A stretch of 64,000 nt of DNA, from assembly GCA_017523725.1 (NCBI GenBank), contig JAFWVY010000033.1:15385-79384 (forward strand), read 5' to 3'. Within the stretch, counting starts at the first letter, position 1; each line of letters opens with the position of its first letter. The stretch is from Bacteroidales bacterium. GTDB taxonomy: Bacteria > Bacteroidota > Bacteroidia > Bacteroidales > UBA4181. The notes below the pieces were generated by a model that made no database searches, had not been told where the DNA came from, and saw only the letters and a list, made by a program, of their open reading frames with translations. The translations under genes were made by a program, and so were the position numbers. Positions 40,047 through 49,881 of this stretch are shown here, in pieces.

Positions 40047-43000
40047 ATGGCGAAAGCCGTGCGTCGTGCGCTGGGCCTGCTTCTCGCGTGGAGCATGGCG
40101 CTTGCCGTGCAGCCGGTCGCGTCCGCTCAGACGTCTGTTTCCGCTGGCCGGACGCTCTCCGAAGCCGAGCGCACCGTCCTGTCCGACCAGATCAAAGAGG
40201 TGATGGTAAAGCAGGAGTTCTATGTGCACACCACCCCGCAGGAGAAAGCCTTCCTGCACCTCGACAAACCCTATTACACCAAAGGCGACACCATCTGGTA
40301 CAGAGCTTATACCTTGCTGGCCAACAGCATGGTGCCCGACACACTCAACGGCACGCTCTACGTCGACCTCGTGCAGCAGGACGGCAAAGTGCTCACCTCG
40401 TCGCCGCTCTACCTCGATCGCGGCATGGCCTCCGGCCATATCGCCTTCCGCGATTCGCTGGTGCCCGGTTACTATATGATACGGGCTTACACCTCCTGGA
40501 TGCGCAATTTCTCCGACGAGCCCCTGTATTCGGCCCTTGTGCCCATCTATGGCGAGACCGGCGAGGACAAGCAGACGCGCTGGATATATTCCCGTTCTGT
40601 CAAGTCGGGCGAAGGGAATGAAGATACCTTGCAGCTGCACCTGATGCTCACCGACAACAACTTCAACCCCTGGAGTTTCCAGCCGTTCAAGTTCGATTTC
40701 CGCAGCCGTTTCATCCGCGCCTTGCAGGACGAAATGACCACCGCGGCCGACGGTACGGCCGACATTTCGGTGGAGATCCCCCGCGATGTGCGGCGCGATG
40801 TGGCGGCCTTGCGGCTGCTTGTCAGGAACGATGAAGGACGCAACGAAAAGACCGACTTCTCCATTTCGCTCATCCGCAACGACAGCCTGCAGATTCAGTT
40901 CCTTCCGGAGGGCGGACATCTCGTGGACGGTGTATGCAGCCGACTGGCGTATAAGGCGTTGGATATGGGCGGCATGGGCCTCAAAGTAGCCGGCAGCGTC
41001 TATGCGTCCGACCGCGACACCGCCCTGGTACGGTTCGAGAGTTCCGACCTCGGCATGGGAGCTTTCTACATCACGCCGCAGCCGGGAGTCAGCTACCGGG
41101 CCGAAGTGCACGCGGTCCGCAACGGCGCGACGGCCTCTCCGGTATTCGATTTCGCGCTGCCCGACCCTCTGCCTCGGGGCTATGTCATGGAAGTATCTTC
41201 AGTTACACGCGGCGATATCCAGGTCTTTGTCAAGCGCAAGGGCATCGCCGACGAAGAGATGCTGGGCCTTGCCGTGCGTTCGGGCGGCCGCATCACGGCG
41301 GGCAAGGTGCTGCTCATGCGGCAGGATTCGGTGATGTTCACCCTGCCCCGGGCGCAGTTCGATTCGGGTGTGTCGCAGATTACGCTGTTCGACGCTGCCG
41401 GCATGCCATGCTGCGAGCGGATGCTCTTCATCAACAAATACCAGCCGCTGCGGATTACGGCCAAGTTCGACAAAGCCGAGTACCGTCCGCGTGAGAAAGT
41501 GACGCTCGACATACAGGTCGAAGATGCCGACGGCCAACCGGCCGAAGCCTCGCTGTCGGTATCGGTGACCGATGCGGGCCTGGTGCCCGACACCTCCCGG
41601 ATAGGTGCGACCCTCCTGACGCACATGCTGCTGACCTCCGACCTGCGGGGCAAGGTGGAACGTCCGGGCGAATATTTCGCCGATACCACCCTGGCCAGGA
41701 AGAAAGCGCTCGACCTGCTCATGCTGACGCAGGGCTGGCGGCGCTATGACCTCGCCCGGGCGCTCGAAGACCGGCCCGACTATCCGTGGCGGTTTGAGTT
41801 CGCCCTGCGCATCCCCGGGTCATCCGCAACATCACGACGGGACGTCCCATGGCAGACCTGCGCGTCATCCGCGCCACCGGCACGCTGGCTAAGAACGCCC
41901 TCAAGGAGAACCGCTGGCTGCACGAGGTGAAGGGATGGGAGTATAAACTGGCCACGCAGAAAAACCTGACCGAAGTGACCGGCGCCACCGAATATCACGA
42001 CGGCTGGAAACTGCGCGAAATCGATGAAACCTCGACCGACGAGAATGGGGAGTTCTTGTTTTACAGCGCCCTGCAAGGCGAGTTCATGACCATGTTCTCA
42101 ACGCAGAAAATCGTCGGCCGCAAAAAACGCGAGACCGTCGTCGACCGCCGGGTAGATATGCTGGCCACCTACGACACCCTGCCCGGCGTACCGTTTATGC
42201 GTCATCTCGACCTGCATCCCGACGACATGAAATCCTTCCTGGCGCAGCAGCGTGCGCAGCTTGCCCTGCATGCCTCCGTCGCCTCGGAAGAACAGGATTT
42301 GAAGATCCTGCGCGACAGCATCACCACCTATCTGCTGCCGGCCGTCGAAGTCACCGCGCCGCGCGAGGCGGCCGAGAACTTCGCCCGCAGCCTGTCACGC
42401 TACCAGTTTGACGCCCAGATGGTCACCATGATGATGGCCAACACCGACAATTCCGTCATGATTCCGAGCATCGGCGAGATGCTCTACTATCTCTATCCCA
42501 ACAAGGTGACCTATTCAGAGGAGGAAGGCTACAAATGGGAGGGAAGGACCATCCTGACGTTCGACCTCACCCCTCAGAACATCCTGCCCAATAACCACGA
42601 CTACGCCTCCATTGACATGATCTACGTGGCCGAAGACCCGGCGGCCCGGCAGAAAACCTACGATGAACTCAAGCAGTACACCGAATATTGGGAATCGCTG
42701 TTCGACCTGAACCAGACCACTGGCGAAGGCGTTTTCAACACCGTGCTGGTGTTCTACACGCGCAAGCAGACCGTCTATCCGCAGCCCGGCATCCGACGCG
42801 TCTGGTGGAAAGGCTACCTCCAGCCGGCCGAGTTCTATTCACCCGACTATGCCCATTACGACCGCAACAACATCTACGACGTGGCCGAAACCGAATATGA
42901 TGCGCGGAGCACCATCTACTGGAATCCGTCCGTCATCACCGACCAGACGGGCCATGCACAGGTTACATTCTACAAATCAGACCGGTACAGCCCCATGCAA

Positions 43001-43054
43001 CTCAACATCCAGGGCATGACCGCCGCAGGGGAACTGGGGGCGCTGAAGCAGTAA
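40047..43054 (+). pseudogene. large secreted MG2 (alpha-2-macroglobulin-like) / carboxypeptidase-regulatory-like domain protein, interrupted by a -1 nt frameshift
   Basis: ORFs 39996..41930 and 41849..43054 overlap in different frames. Restoring one G in the run at 41816-41818 gives the continuous reading ...FEFALRIPG-VIRNITTGRPMADLRVIRATG..., a CarboxypepD_reg-type start. N-terminal LDKPYYTKGDTIWYRAY (MG2-like) and C-terminal TIYWNPSVITDQTGHAQVTFY are typical of this Bacteroidetes family. Confidence 0.7.
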
Positions 43055-45172
43055 TTACATGTTGTCGACCTCGGTGTCCATCTGGTTGATGCGGCGCCGG
43101 AGGTTCGATTTGAGCGATGAAACCGCTTCGTCGAAGGTCTTGTTGATATCCCCGTTGATGTTGTTCGTCGTCGGCCACATGGCCCAGTCGCGTTCCACCG
43201 AAGCCTTTACTTCGGCAGCCACATCGTCGACATAATCGACCACGCCTCTGAATGCGGACCTGATTACCGGCCACCTCTCCTTGACGCGTGCCTTGAATGT
43301 GGCGTTCTTCAGCATGTGAGGATACCAGATGGCATAATGGTAGATAGGCGTCGAAGTCCAGTCGGCGCGGAAGGTGCCGTAGTCGAAGTCCCAGAGCGGC
43401 CCCATCATCAGTTTGCCGCCCCGGTCCTTGTGCATATAGCTGCTCTTGGGATGGAAAGGCTCGTAATTGCCTACGACCTCCTGCACCAGCATCCAGTCGA
43501 TGAAACTGTCCATATCCACATCGTTGAGCCAGGAGGCATTGTTGTTCACAATCCGGCTTTGGACGCTGTTCATGAAATTCTTGATCCACGTCAGCTGGTC
43601 GGCAACCATGACATCTTCGTCCGGGCTCTTGATCATCACGGGAAGCCGGAACTGGCCGTTGCTGTGAAGCCCCGAATTGTACGGATATACGTCTGCGAAA
43701 TAATTGGTATAGAACTTATTAACCTCGTCCATCTCGGTACTGCATTCGATGAGGTAGCCTCCGGTGATGGCCGGTTCGGTGATGTCTTCGGCAGTCATCT
43801 CCGTAATGTTCACCCGGTTCTTCGCCACCTTGATATGTTCCACCAAGTAGTAATTACCCATGTGGGTGCCGTTGAGCACCAGTTCGACGAATTTGCCTTT
43901 CGGCGTCCAGTCGAGTCCCGTTGCGCGCCTGCCGAGTTCCAGTGCAATCTCGTTGCGGATGCGCGTCCTGTCCACGAAGTTGGCCAGCAGATTCCACCGC
44001 TTGTCCTTCGGCATGCCGAGAAGTCCGGCCTTGGTATCCAGCTTGATGGCGTAGGGTTTCTTGTCGAAATTCCACGTTGTATTGCCACGTCCCTTGATGC
44101 CGCCCGTGCCGAGGTCTTCGGCCGTGCCGTCGGCGTACTTCAGGTAGAAATGAGACTCCGTAATCCAGGTTTCCTTGTCCGTTATCGCCACGTTGCCGGG
44201 CGTATAGACATAGAGTACCGGGAGTGTTCCGGTCACCGTCGGAAGCTCAGGGATAACGGGTGTCAGGGGATCTTCGGGATTGCCGGGATTATTGGGGTCG
44301 CCTGAGCCACCCGTGCTTTCCAGCTGGAACGCTTCCATGGGTTGGATGACGTTGCGGACTATCGCAACAGATTTGTCCGTGGATTTGACGGTGGTTTTGC
44401 CATCGATATCTGTTACGGTTACGGTGAATCCCTTGGAGAAATCCATCGGCGGAATGGCGAGATAGAAGGACGTGGCGGCAGAAGCCTCCGTGCCAATCGG
44501 CACATTGCCACAGACAAGCGTAATAGATTCCCCGCCGTCGGACGGCAGCGTGATAACAGGATCCTCCCCGTAGGAGGCCGTGATCGTGGCCGTGCCCGTC
44601 AGGGACTCGGCGTTGTTTCCTGCAAAGACAATGCGCTGAACGGCTTTACTGCCATAGACCCGCAGTTCGAGGAATCCCATGACATGCTTGAATGGCAGCG
44701 CATGGTCGGTCAGCGAAGAAGTCACCGCCGTCATGACCCCCGCCCCTATGCCGAAAGACCCTTCGGCATAGGTCTGCATGGCGGGTACAATGTAGGTTAA
44801 AGTTCCGTCGGACGGCATCCCTGTGCTTGCTGCATAGGGATATACTGCGTAAAAACGGTTGGGGCGGAATGCCAGTCCGGTGCTCGCTATGCCTGCACTG
44901 GCAAAATCTCCGCCCGTGTCTCCCGTGTTGCCCAGGAAAATGTATTTTTCGTTGTTCCCTGCTCCGAACAGTGAGATGCTGTCACCTCCTGTCCAATACA
45001 TCGAGACGCTTTCTCCCGTTCGCTCGATGTAGGTTTTGGTCGCGTATTCCGTCTTCTCGACCGAAGCCTTGAAGACAATCTCACTTGCCGGATCTGCCGG
45101 CATGTCTGACATATCCTTCGAACACCCCGCCAGGACAGCCAGCATCGGAAACACGAAAAACAATTTTCTCAT
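43055..45172 (-). CDS. lipoprotein with a fimbrillin (Mfa-like) N-terminal domain fused to a CotH kinase-like domain
   Basis: Lipobox LAGCS. The N-terminal ~280 aa carry the FKHVMGFLELRV-type fimbrillin pattern. The C-terminal part has GIKGRGNTTWNFDKKPYAIKLD, KRWNLLANFVDRTRIRNEIALEL, LVLNGTHMGNYYLVEHI and GPLWDFDYGTF, the CotH family blocks. Confidence 0.8.
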   Translation of the reverse strand: MRKLFFVFPMLAVLAGCSKDMSDMPADPASEIVFKASVEKTEYATKTYIERTGESVSMYWTGGDSISLFGAGNNEKYIFLGNTGDTGGDFASAGIASTGLAFRPNRFYAVYPYAASTGMPSDGTLTYIVPAMQTYAEGSFGIGAGVMTAVTSSLTDHALPFKHVMGFLELRVYGSKAVQRIVFAGNNAESLTGTATITASYGEDPVITLPSDGGESITLVCGNVPIGTEASAATSFYLAIPPMDFSKGFTVTVTDIDGKTTVKSTDKSVAIVRNVIQPMEAFQLESTGGSGDPNNPGNPEDPLTPVIPELPTVTGTLPVLYVYTPGNVAITDKETWITESHFYLKYADGTAEDLGTGGIKGRGNTTWNFDKKPYAIKLDTKAGLLGMPKDKRWNLLANFVDRTRIRNEIALELGRRATGLDWTPKGKFVELVLNGTHMGNYYLVEHIKVAKNRVNITEMTAEDITEPAITGGYLIECSTEMDEVNKFYTNYFADVYPYNSGLHSNGQFRLPVMIKSPDEDVMVADQLTWIKNFMNSVQSRIVNNNASWLNDVDMDSFIDWMLVQEVVGNYEPFHPKSSYMHKDRGGKLMMGPLWDFDYGTFRADWTSTPIYHYAIWYPHMLKNATFKARVKERWPVIRSAFRGVVDYVDDVAAEVKASVERDWAMWPTTNNINGDINKTFDEAVSSLKSNLRRRINQMDTEVDNM

Positions 45173-45227
45173 AGGCCAGTCAGATTAATTTGTAAAATTG
45201 AGTTTCTGTAATAGAGCCATGTACTCT

Positions 45228-48164
45228 CTACCAGGAGAGCACATGGCTTACCGTCGGGACTCCCGAAAAGGAGGCACTGGCGGCTGACGACTGGGACGGC
45301 GTGGCCTCCCTGTCCCGAATCGGACGGATGGAGTAGGCGGCAGCCTTCATCTGTTCGTGGGTGGCCCGTATGAGACCATTTTGCTCTGCCGTGCTGATGG
45401 CAATATACAGGAACACTGCTTTCCGGTCATTGTCACCGGAGGTGGATGTTCTCGGGTCACAGACGCTGGTCCAATAGTAACCCAACGACGTCACATCGTA
45501 GATGCCCGTCTGTCCGTCACCGCCGCGCGCTCCGCAGAACGGGAAGAAGATTTTCCCATCGCCGTTCCTGGTGTTGAAACGGTAACCCTTTTCAGCGGTC
45601 AGAAGCGTACCGTTTACCTGGTTGCTTGCGTAATAGTTCCATCCGGTTGCGCTTGAAAGAGCGAATCCGGTGTAGGAATATCCAGCCGTTACAGCGAACC
45701 CTCTCGGACACGGGTCATAGACCGATTTAATCTTGGTGGCATAGTTGTCCCGGACATTATTGTCGTTCGGAATGAAAGCCGCATCCCACAGGTTGCCGTA
45801 ACTGGCCCGGGCATTGTTTCCGGTATAGTCCCAACTGGTCGCATTGTAGTAATGCTTCCACGGATTCTGGATAGAATGTCCGATGATGGAGCCGCTGGGC
45901 GGATTGCCGAAGGCCGTATGTGTCGCATCGCTGACAAAGTTGTTCACGTTGTATGCGGTGGAGTACATTGTCTTGTTGTTGTCATTGCCATTTGCACCGA
46001 TGAACGGATCCTTGCGGCCCCACTGGTAGAACGGGTTGGAACCGACGTTTTCCATGACCTCGATGCTCTCGCCGATCTGACGGACGCGGAATATCTGGGC
46101 AAACCCGGACTCATCCTGTGTCACCTTGACGTAAAGATCCCAGCTGTCCCATTTGTCAGAGCTGGCGCCGTTCGCATCGGTCCAGCCCAGATTGTAGTTC
46201 ATCATCTGGTACGAGTGGCCGTTCCAGTCGGTGACCGGCTGGGGTGTCAGATCCTTCTCCGTCACCCAGAGATGCCAGCTCCAGAGGATGGTCCCGCTGG
46301 CGTTGCGCACGGCAAGGACGGCGTTACCGGGCCGTATATGCTCTTCCGGGATGTAGAATTGGACATAATCTCCCGAAATGGAGATGTTGCTGTCTTCGAG
46401 CAAATAGGGCGCATCCTGCCAGAGAACGACCGCATCAGAGACCGTCGCTCCGTTGTTCTTGAGCCAGGGGTCCGTGATATATTGGTCGTTATGCTGGAGG
46501 AACCGGCGTAGATAATAGGCAATATTATTGCCGGTCGTTTCGTCCGCAGTACCGTGTTGGGGCCAGAATGACTGATAGTTTGTTGCACCGTTCTTGATGG
46601 CATTGCCGTAAACGAGCGGGAACTTGTAGTATCCCGGCGCCGTGATGACATAGCAGTTGGCCGTTTCCTGTGCCTCCTCGGCACTTGTTGCCACGCTGGC
46701 GGGCGGGTAGAACGGGTGCTTGGAGAGGTCGAAGTAATTCGTCGAGGAACCGATTGCAGTACGGCTCCGCAGGGTGGCCACGGCGGATTCTTCGACACCT
46801 CCTGAGGATACCTGGTGCTCAGATTCGGTATGGGCGCGGGCCACGGAGGCCGTGATGGTGTTGCTGTTGCCGTCCTGGGCGGAAATGGCCAGCCCGAACT
46901 TGTCGCCCGTGGTTTCTGCGAGGGAGTTTTTCCATGTGGTGCCGTTGGCGGAATACTGGATGGTCCATGCCACCGGAACCGGGGTTGAACTGGTGTTGCT
47001 CGTCTTGTAGCTGTTGACGGTTACGGAACCGAAATCCGGCGCCGCAAGGTGCCCGTAGGTGACGAGGTTCGAGAGGCTTTCCAAAGTGTACTCCCACACC
47101 GTCATGGTGGCGGTGACATTGTAGGTGTACATGTTGGATGCGGCCACTGTCTTGCCTGCGAGGCTGGCAGTGACATCCACCGTGTTTATGCCGTCGCTCA
47201 GGGTCAGCGTGGCGGTTGCTCCTGTGCCGAAAGTCTGCGGCGGAATGAAGAACACCTTGCCGCCGTTTTCCTTGAGGACCGCGGTACGGTTGCTTCCGCC
47301 GACCGTCGCGGTGCCGAAATCAGACGCGGACAGCGTCTGGACATAAGTGCCGGTGGTCGAACCCAGCGTCCAGGCGAAGGTGGGAGCTGCGCCCGTGGTG
47401 GACGGCGGTGTAACCGTACATGAGCCGCCCGCATTGACGCCGGAAAGGGTCACTTTCGTCACCGTATAGCCGGAAGTCAGGTTGGAGATGTCGAACCGGA
47501 TGGCAGCGAGCGCATGGCCGAACGTGAAGTTCACCATACCCGGCGTACCGGCGGCTTCGGTGTCGTTATAGCTGGCATTGGCATAGGCCGCCACAATGTC
47601 CTGCTGCCGCGTGGCATCGGCGTTGTCGGTCTGGTGCTCCGGCAGCGTGTAATTAAAGCTCATGGTGCCATAGCCGCTCGCTACGGTAACGGCTTGCGTG
47701 TAAGGAGCCCGCGCCCAGAAGGCGATGGAAGTTCCGTTCACCCAGTTGTAGGGCGTCGTACCGGTCTGGTAGAGCGTCCATGCACTGCCGGATTTGTTCA
47801 CCTGGCCGTTGTCGATGTAGTGTGTCGGCTTTCCTGTGATCGCCGTTGTCAGGTAGCCGTCCAGACCGAATTGGGCGATATTGGCGGTCGTGAGGGTCGA
47901 GCCCTTGGTGGCCAGTTCCTCCGGGAAGCCGGTCATCTGCGAGACATGCTCATAGAGCGTCAGCGCCTCACTGCCGTCCTCGCCGAGGAACACCAGCGAA
48001 TCACCCTGTTCGCCGGCGATGCCGGCACGGGTGGCAGGATCTTCTGCATTGACCGATATCAGGATTTCTTTTTCGGGAGCAGCCGATTCGTCATCGTTGC
48101 AACCGGGAAGACTGCAGGCTGCGACCAGTACCGTCGCGCAGAATAGATACGTTTTCTTTTTCAT
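45228..48164 (-). CDS. 978-aa fimbrillin-family lipoprotein with a lectin-like (FISUMP/DUF1566-like) C-terminal domain
   Basis: Lipobox LPGC + NDDES. The N-terminal ~330 aa are paralogous to the 495/500-aa proteins (FTFGHALAAIRFD). The C-terminus has DPCPRGF ... FFPFCGARGG ... LGYYWTS. Confidence 0.75.
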   Translation of the reverse strand: MKKKTYLFCATVLVAACSLPGCNDDESAAPEKEILISVNAEDPATRAGIAGEQGDSLVFLGEDGSEALTLYEHVSQMTGFPEELATKGSTLTTANIAQFGLDGYLTTAITGKPTHYIDNGQVNKSGSAWTLYQTGTTPYNWVNGTSIAFWARAPYTQAVTVASGYGTMSFNYTLPEHQTDNADATRQQDIVAAYANASYNDTEAAGTPGMVNFTFGHALAAIRFDISNLTSGYTVTKVTLSGVNAGGSCTVTPPSTTGAAPTFAWTLGSTTGTYVQTLSASDFGTATVGGSNRTAVLKENGGKVFFIPPQTFGTGATATLTLSDGINTVDVTASLAGKTVAASNMYTYNVTATMTVWEYTLESLSNLVTYGHLAAPDFGSVTVNSYKTSNTSSTPVPVAWTIQYSANGTTWKNSLAETTGDKFGLAISAQDGNSNTITASVARAHTESEHQVSSGGVEESAVATLRSRTAIGSSTNYFDLSKHPFYPPASVATSAEEAQETANCYVITAPGYYKFPLVYGNAIKNGATNYQSFWPQHGTADETTGNNIAYYLRRFLQHNDQYITDPWLKNNGATVSDAVVLWQDAPYLLEDSNISISGDYVQFYIPEEHIRPGNAVLAVRNASGTILWSWHLWVTEKDLTPQPVTDWNGHSYQMMNYNLGWTDANGASSDKWDSWDLYVKVTQDESGFAQIFRVRQIGESIEVMENVGSNPFYQWGRKDPFIGANGNDNNKTMYSTAYNVNNFVSDATHTAFGNPPSGSIIGHSIQNPWKHYYNATSWDYTGNNARASYGNLWDAAFIPNDNNVRDNYATKIKSVYDPCPRGFAVTAGYSYTGFALSSATGWNYYASNQVNGTLLTAEKGYRFNTRNGDGKIFFPFCGARGGDGQTGIYDVTSLGYYWTSVCDPRTSTSGDNDRKAVFLYIAISTAEQNGLIRATHEQMKAAAYSIRPIRDREATPSQSSAASASFSGVPTVSHVLSW

Positions 48165-48188
48165 GTTTTTTTTTATTAATGATTGAAC

Positions 48189-48211
48189 CGGTCAGCGTCA
48201 GATGCTGACCG
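48189..48211 (-). promoter_or_regulatory. intercistronic stem-loop between the first and second genes of the left pilin operon
   Basis: CGGTCAGC-N7-GCTGACCG 8-bp stem in the 108-nt spacer. No T-run follows. It is a possible attenuator or mRNA stabiliser. Confidence 0.4.
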
Positions 48212-48272
48212 ATTGCAACCGAAGCCATTATATGATAGGATACCGCATTCGTTTTACGGAGATATGTCGTTT

Positions 48273-49382
48273 TTATTCGGAGAATTCCAGATCTATGCTC
48301 GTTTCCGTCCAAGGCGTCACGATGACGTTGCCGGCCACGATCCAGGTGGCGTGCTCCGGCACGAGGATGCCTTGTACAAAATGTTTCTGACGTGCGCCGA
48401 ATTCAATCGGTACGTTGGCGCTGGTGCTCAGCTTGGTGTAGCGCGTACCGCCCGTGGTGGTCGTGATACCGAAGGTCAGGTCGGTCGCTGCGAACGGCGG
48501 CAGCAGGAAGGTGAACGTCACCGTCTTGCCATAGTTGACCACCAGCGGCTCGGACAGGGAGCCCAAGGGTATGCCGACCGTCGCGCCGCCGTTGGTCGGG
48601 ACGGGGAAAGAAGGAACTGTACCCGACCATGCTGTGGCAAGATTGGCCGAGGTAGTTCCGTGCAGTTTCGCTCCAGATGCAGAAGTCTGCAGGGACACGT
48701 CCGTGATTTTCATGTCGGCGTGATTGCTGTAGTTGTTCGTGATAGTGAACTCTATGGCCGTCACCATCGGGAGGAATTCAAGAAACACCTCGTTGCCGGA
48801 GGTGCCCGGTTCGGTGACGTCCAAGGTCTTGGCAACCATATAGAGGTAACGCGTGTCGGGAGCTGCTACATAGCCTGCTGACGCGGAGCCTGTGATGCCG
48901 GTCGGCGTCTGTATCCCGGGGAAGGCGAGGGTAACCGTAGATTCGTTCATGCCGAATCCGGATGCGATACCGGTCGTCGCGGGGGAAGGATAGACAGCGA
49001 AGAAGTCGTGCGGTGTCCCTTCGGTATCGTTCCACTGCAGGGGCTCGGCGGTAACGTCGGCCATCGCAATCTTGCCCCGGCTGTTGCCGTTGGACGCGGT
49101 TGAGTAGCTCGTTACCTTATAGTCCTGATAATGCGTTTCGGCCGGTTCTGACGATTCGGGACAGTAGATGCGGATTAAGTCGTTGACAGTCCAGTCGATA
49201 CGCTCAAATCTGGATTCTCCTTGATTCGAAATAGCTCCGCTGTAACTGGTTCTTGTCCCCTCCGTACCAGACAACACGCTGAAGCGGATGCCGTTGCCGG
49301 TATACTCGTCATCTTTCTGGCAACCGACCAGTCCGAGAACCGCGATTGCAATCAAAACAAAAAACTTTCTGTTCATATTCAT
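48273..49382 (-). CDS. fimbrillin-family (Mfa-like type V pilin-like) lipoprotein, 369 aa, first gene of the left operon
   Basis: Signal peptide + lipobox LVGC followed by QKDDE, then T-R at residue 44. FLPMVTAIEFTITN is the fimbrillin pattern. It is paralogous to 51404..52420. Confidence 0.8.
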   Translation of the reverse strand: MNMNRKFFVLIAIAVLGLVGCQKDDEYTGNGIRFSVLSGTEGTRTSYSGAISNQGESRFERIDWTVNDLIRIYCPESSEPAETHYQDYKVTSYSTASNGNSRGKIAMADVTAEPLQWNDTEGTPHDFFAVYPSPATTGIASGFGMNESTVTLAFPGIQTPTGITGSASAGYVAAPDTRYLYMVAKTLDVTEPGTSGNEVFLEFLPMVTAIEFTITNNYSNHADMKITDVSLQTSASGAKLHGTTSANLATAWSGTVPSFPVPTNGGATVGIPLGSLSEPLVVNYGKTVTFTFLLPPFAATDLTFGITTTTGGTRYTKLSTSANVPIEFGARQKHFVQGILVPEHATWIVAGNVIVTPWTETSIDLEFSE

Positions 49383-49462
49383 TTATTTATTTGCGTACTT
49401 ATCTGTTTCTCAAGTGCAACACGCACATCAATACATAGATAAAACGCGTATTGTACAGCCCG

Positions 49463-49495
49463 CAAAGATAAATAGTTTCATATACGATTGTCAAA
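49463..49495 (-). promoter_or_regulatory. canonical Bacteroidetes promoter (TTTG-N21-TATCTTTG) for the left pilin operon
   Basis: Minus-strand read: TTTGacaatcgtatatgaaactattTATCTTTG. It lies about 80 nt upstream of ATG 49382. Confidence 0.55.
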
Positions 49496-49502
49496 AAAAT
49501 TT

Positions 49503-49522
49503 CTTTTTTTTCGAAAAAAAAG
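49503..49522. repeat. perfect 20-bp A/T palindrome CTTTTTTTTCGAAAAAAAAG
   Basis: Read directly. It sits between the left-operon promoter and a plus-strand -7-like box. Confidence 0.8.
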
Positions 49523-49575
49523 TGCAAGACAGTTCCGCCGCCTCCTTGTCGTAATACATAAAATGCTGATTCATT

Positions 49576-49583
49576 TACATTTG
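49576..49583 (+). promoter_or_regulatory. candidate -7 box (TACATTTG) possibly driving the recombinase gene
   Basis: Perfect TAnnTTTG about 300 nt upstream of ATG 49882. No clear -33 was seen. Confidence 0.3.
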
Positions 49584-49710
49584 GCACTTGTTGGTATCAT
49601 CCCGGCCAGATTCGGGAGAGAGTTTTTCTCCGAACGTTTCCAAACATTTACCGTCGCCAAAGGGAATCTGGGAGACAGGAACCGTCTACTTCCGGAACGG
49701 AGAATCGACC

Positions 49711-49834
49711 CGGATTGTCGTATATATAAATATGTATCGTTTTCCCCTGTAGAGACTCTTGGCCTTGGTCTGGCAGCAGCCCATCGGGGACAAATCAGGG
49801 ACGGTTTTTCTCTTTTGCGTAGCAATTGCGTAGC
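49711..49834 (+). repeat. motif cluster upstream of the recombinase: CGGATTGTCGTA plus tandem GCGTAGC-N4-GCGTAGC
   Basis: CGGATTGTCGTA at 49711-49722. TTTGCGTAGCAATTGCGTAGC at 49814-49834, with the two GCGTAGC units 11 bp apart. The same ordered motifs recur downstream of the gene. Confidence 0.7.
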
Positions 49835-49881
49835 GAGGTGGAAATATTCGCATATTTGTAACATGGATAAAAATATTGGAT

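Noticed and set aside
41849-43054. Treating ORF 41849..43054 as an independent 401-aa gene
   Set aside because: Its frame is already open from 41797 and reads as the direct continuation of the upstream ORF after a 1-nt correction. It has no promoter or signal peptide of its own.
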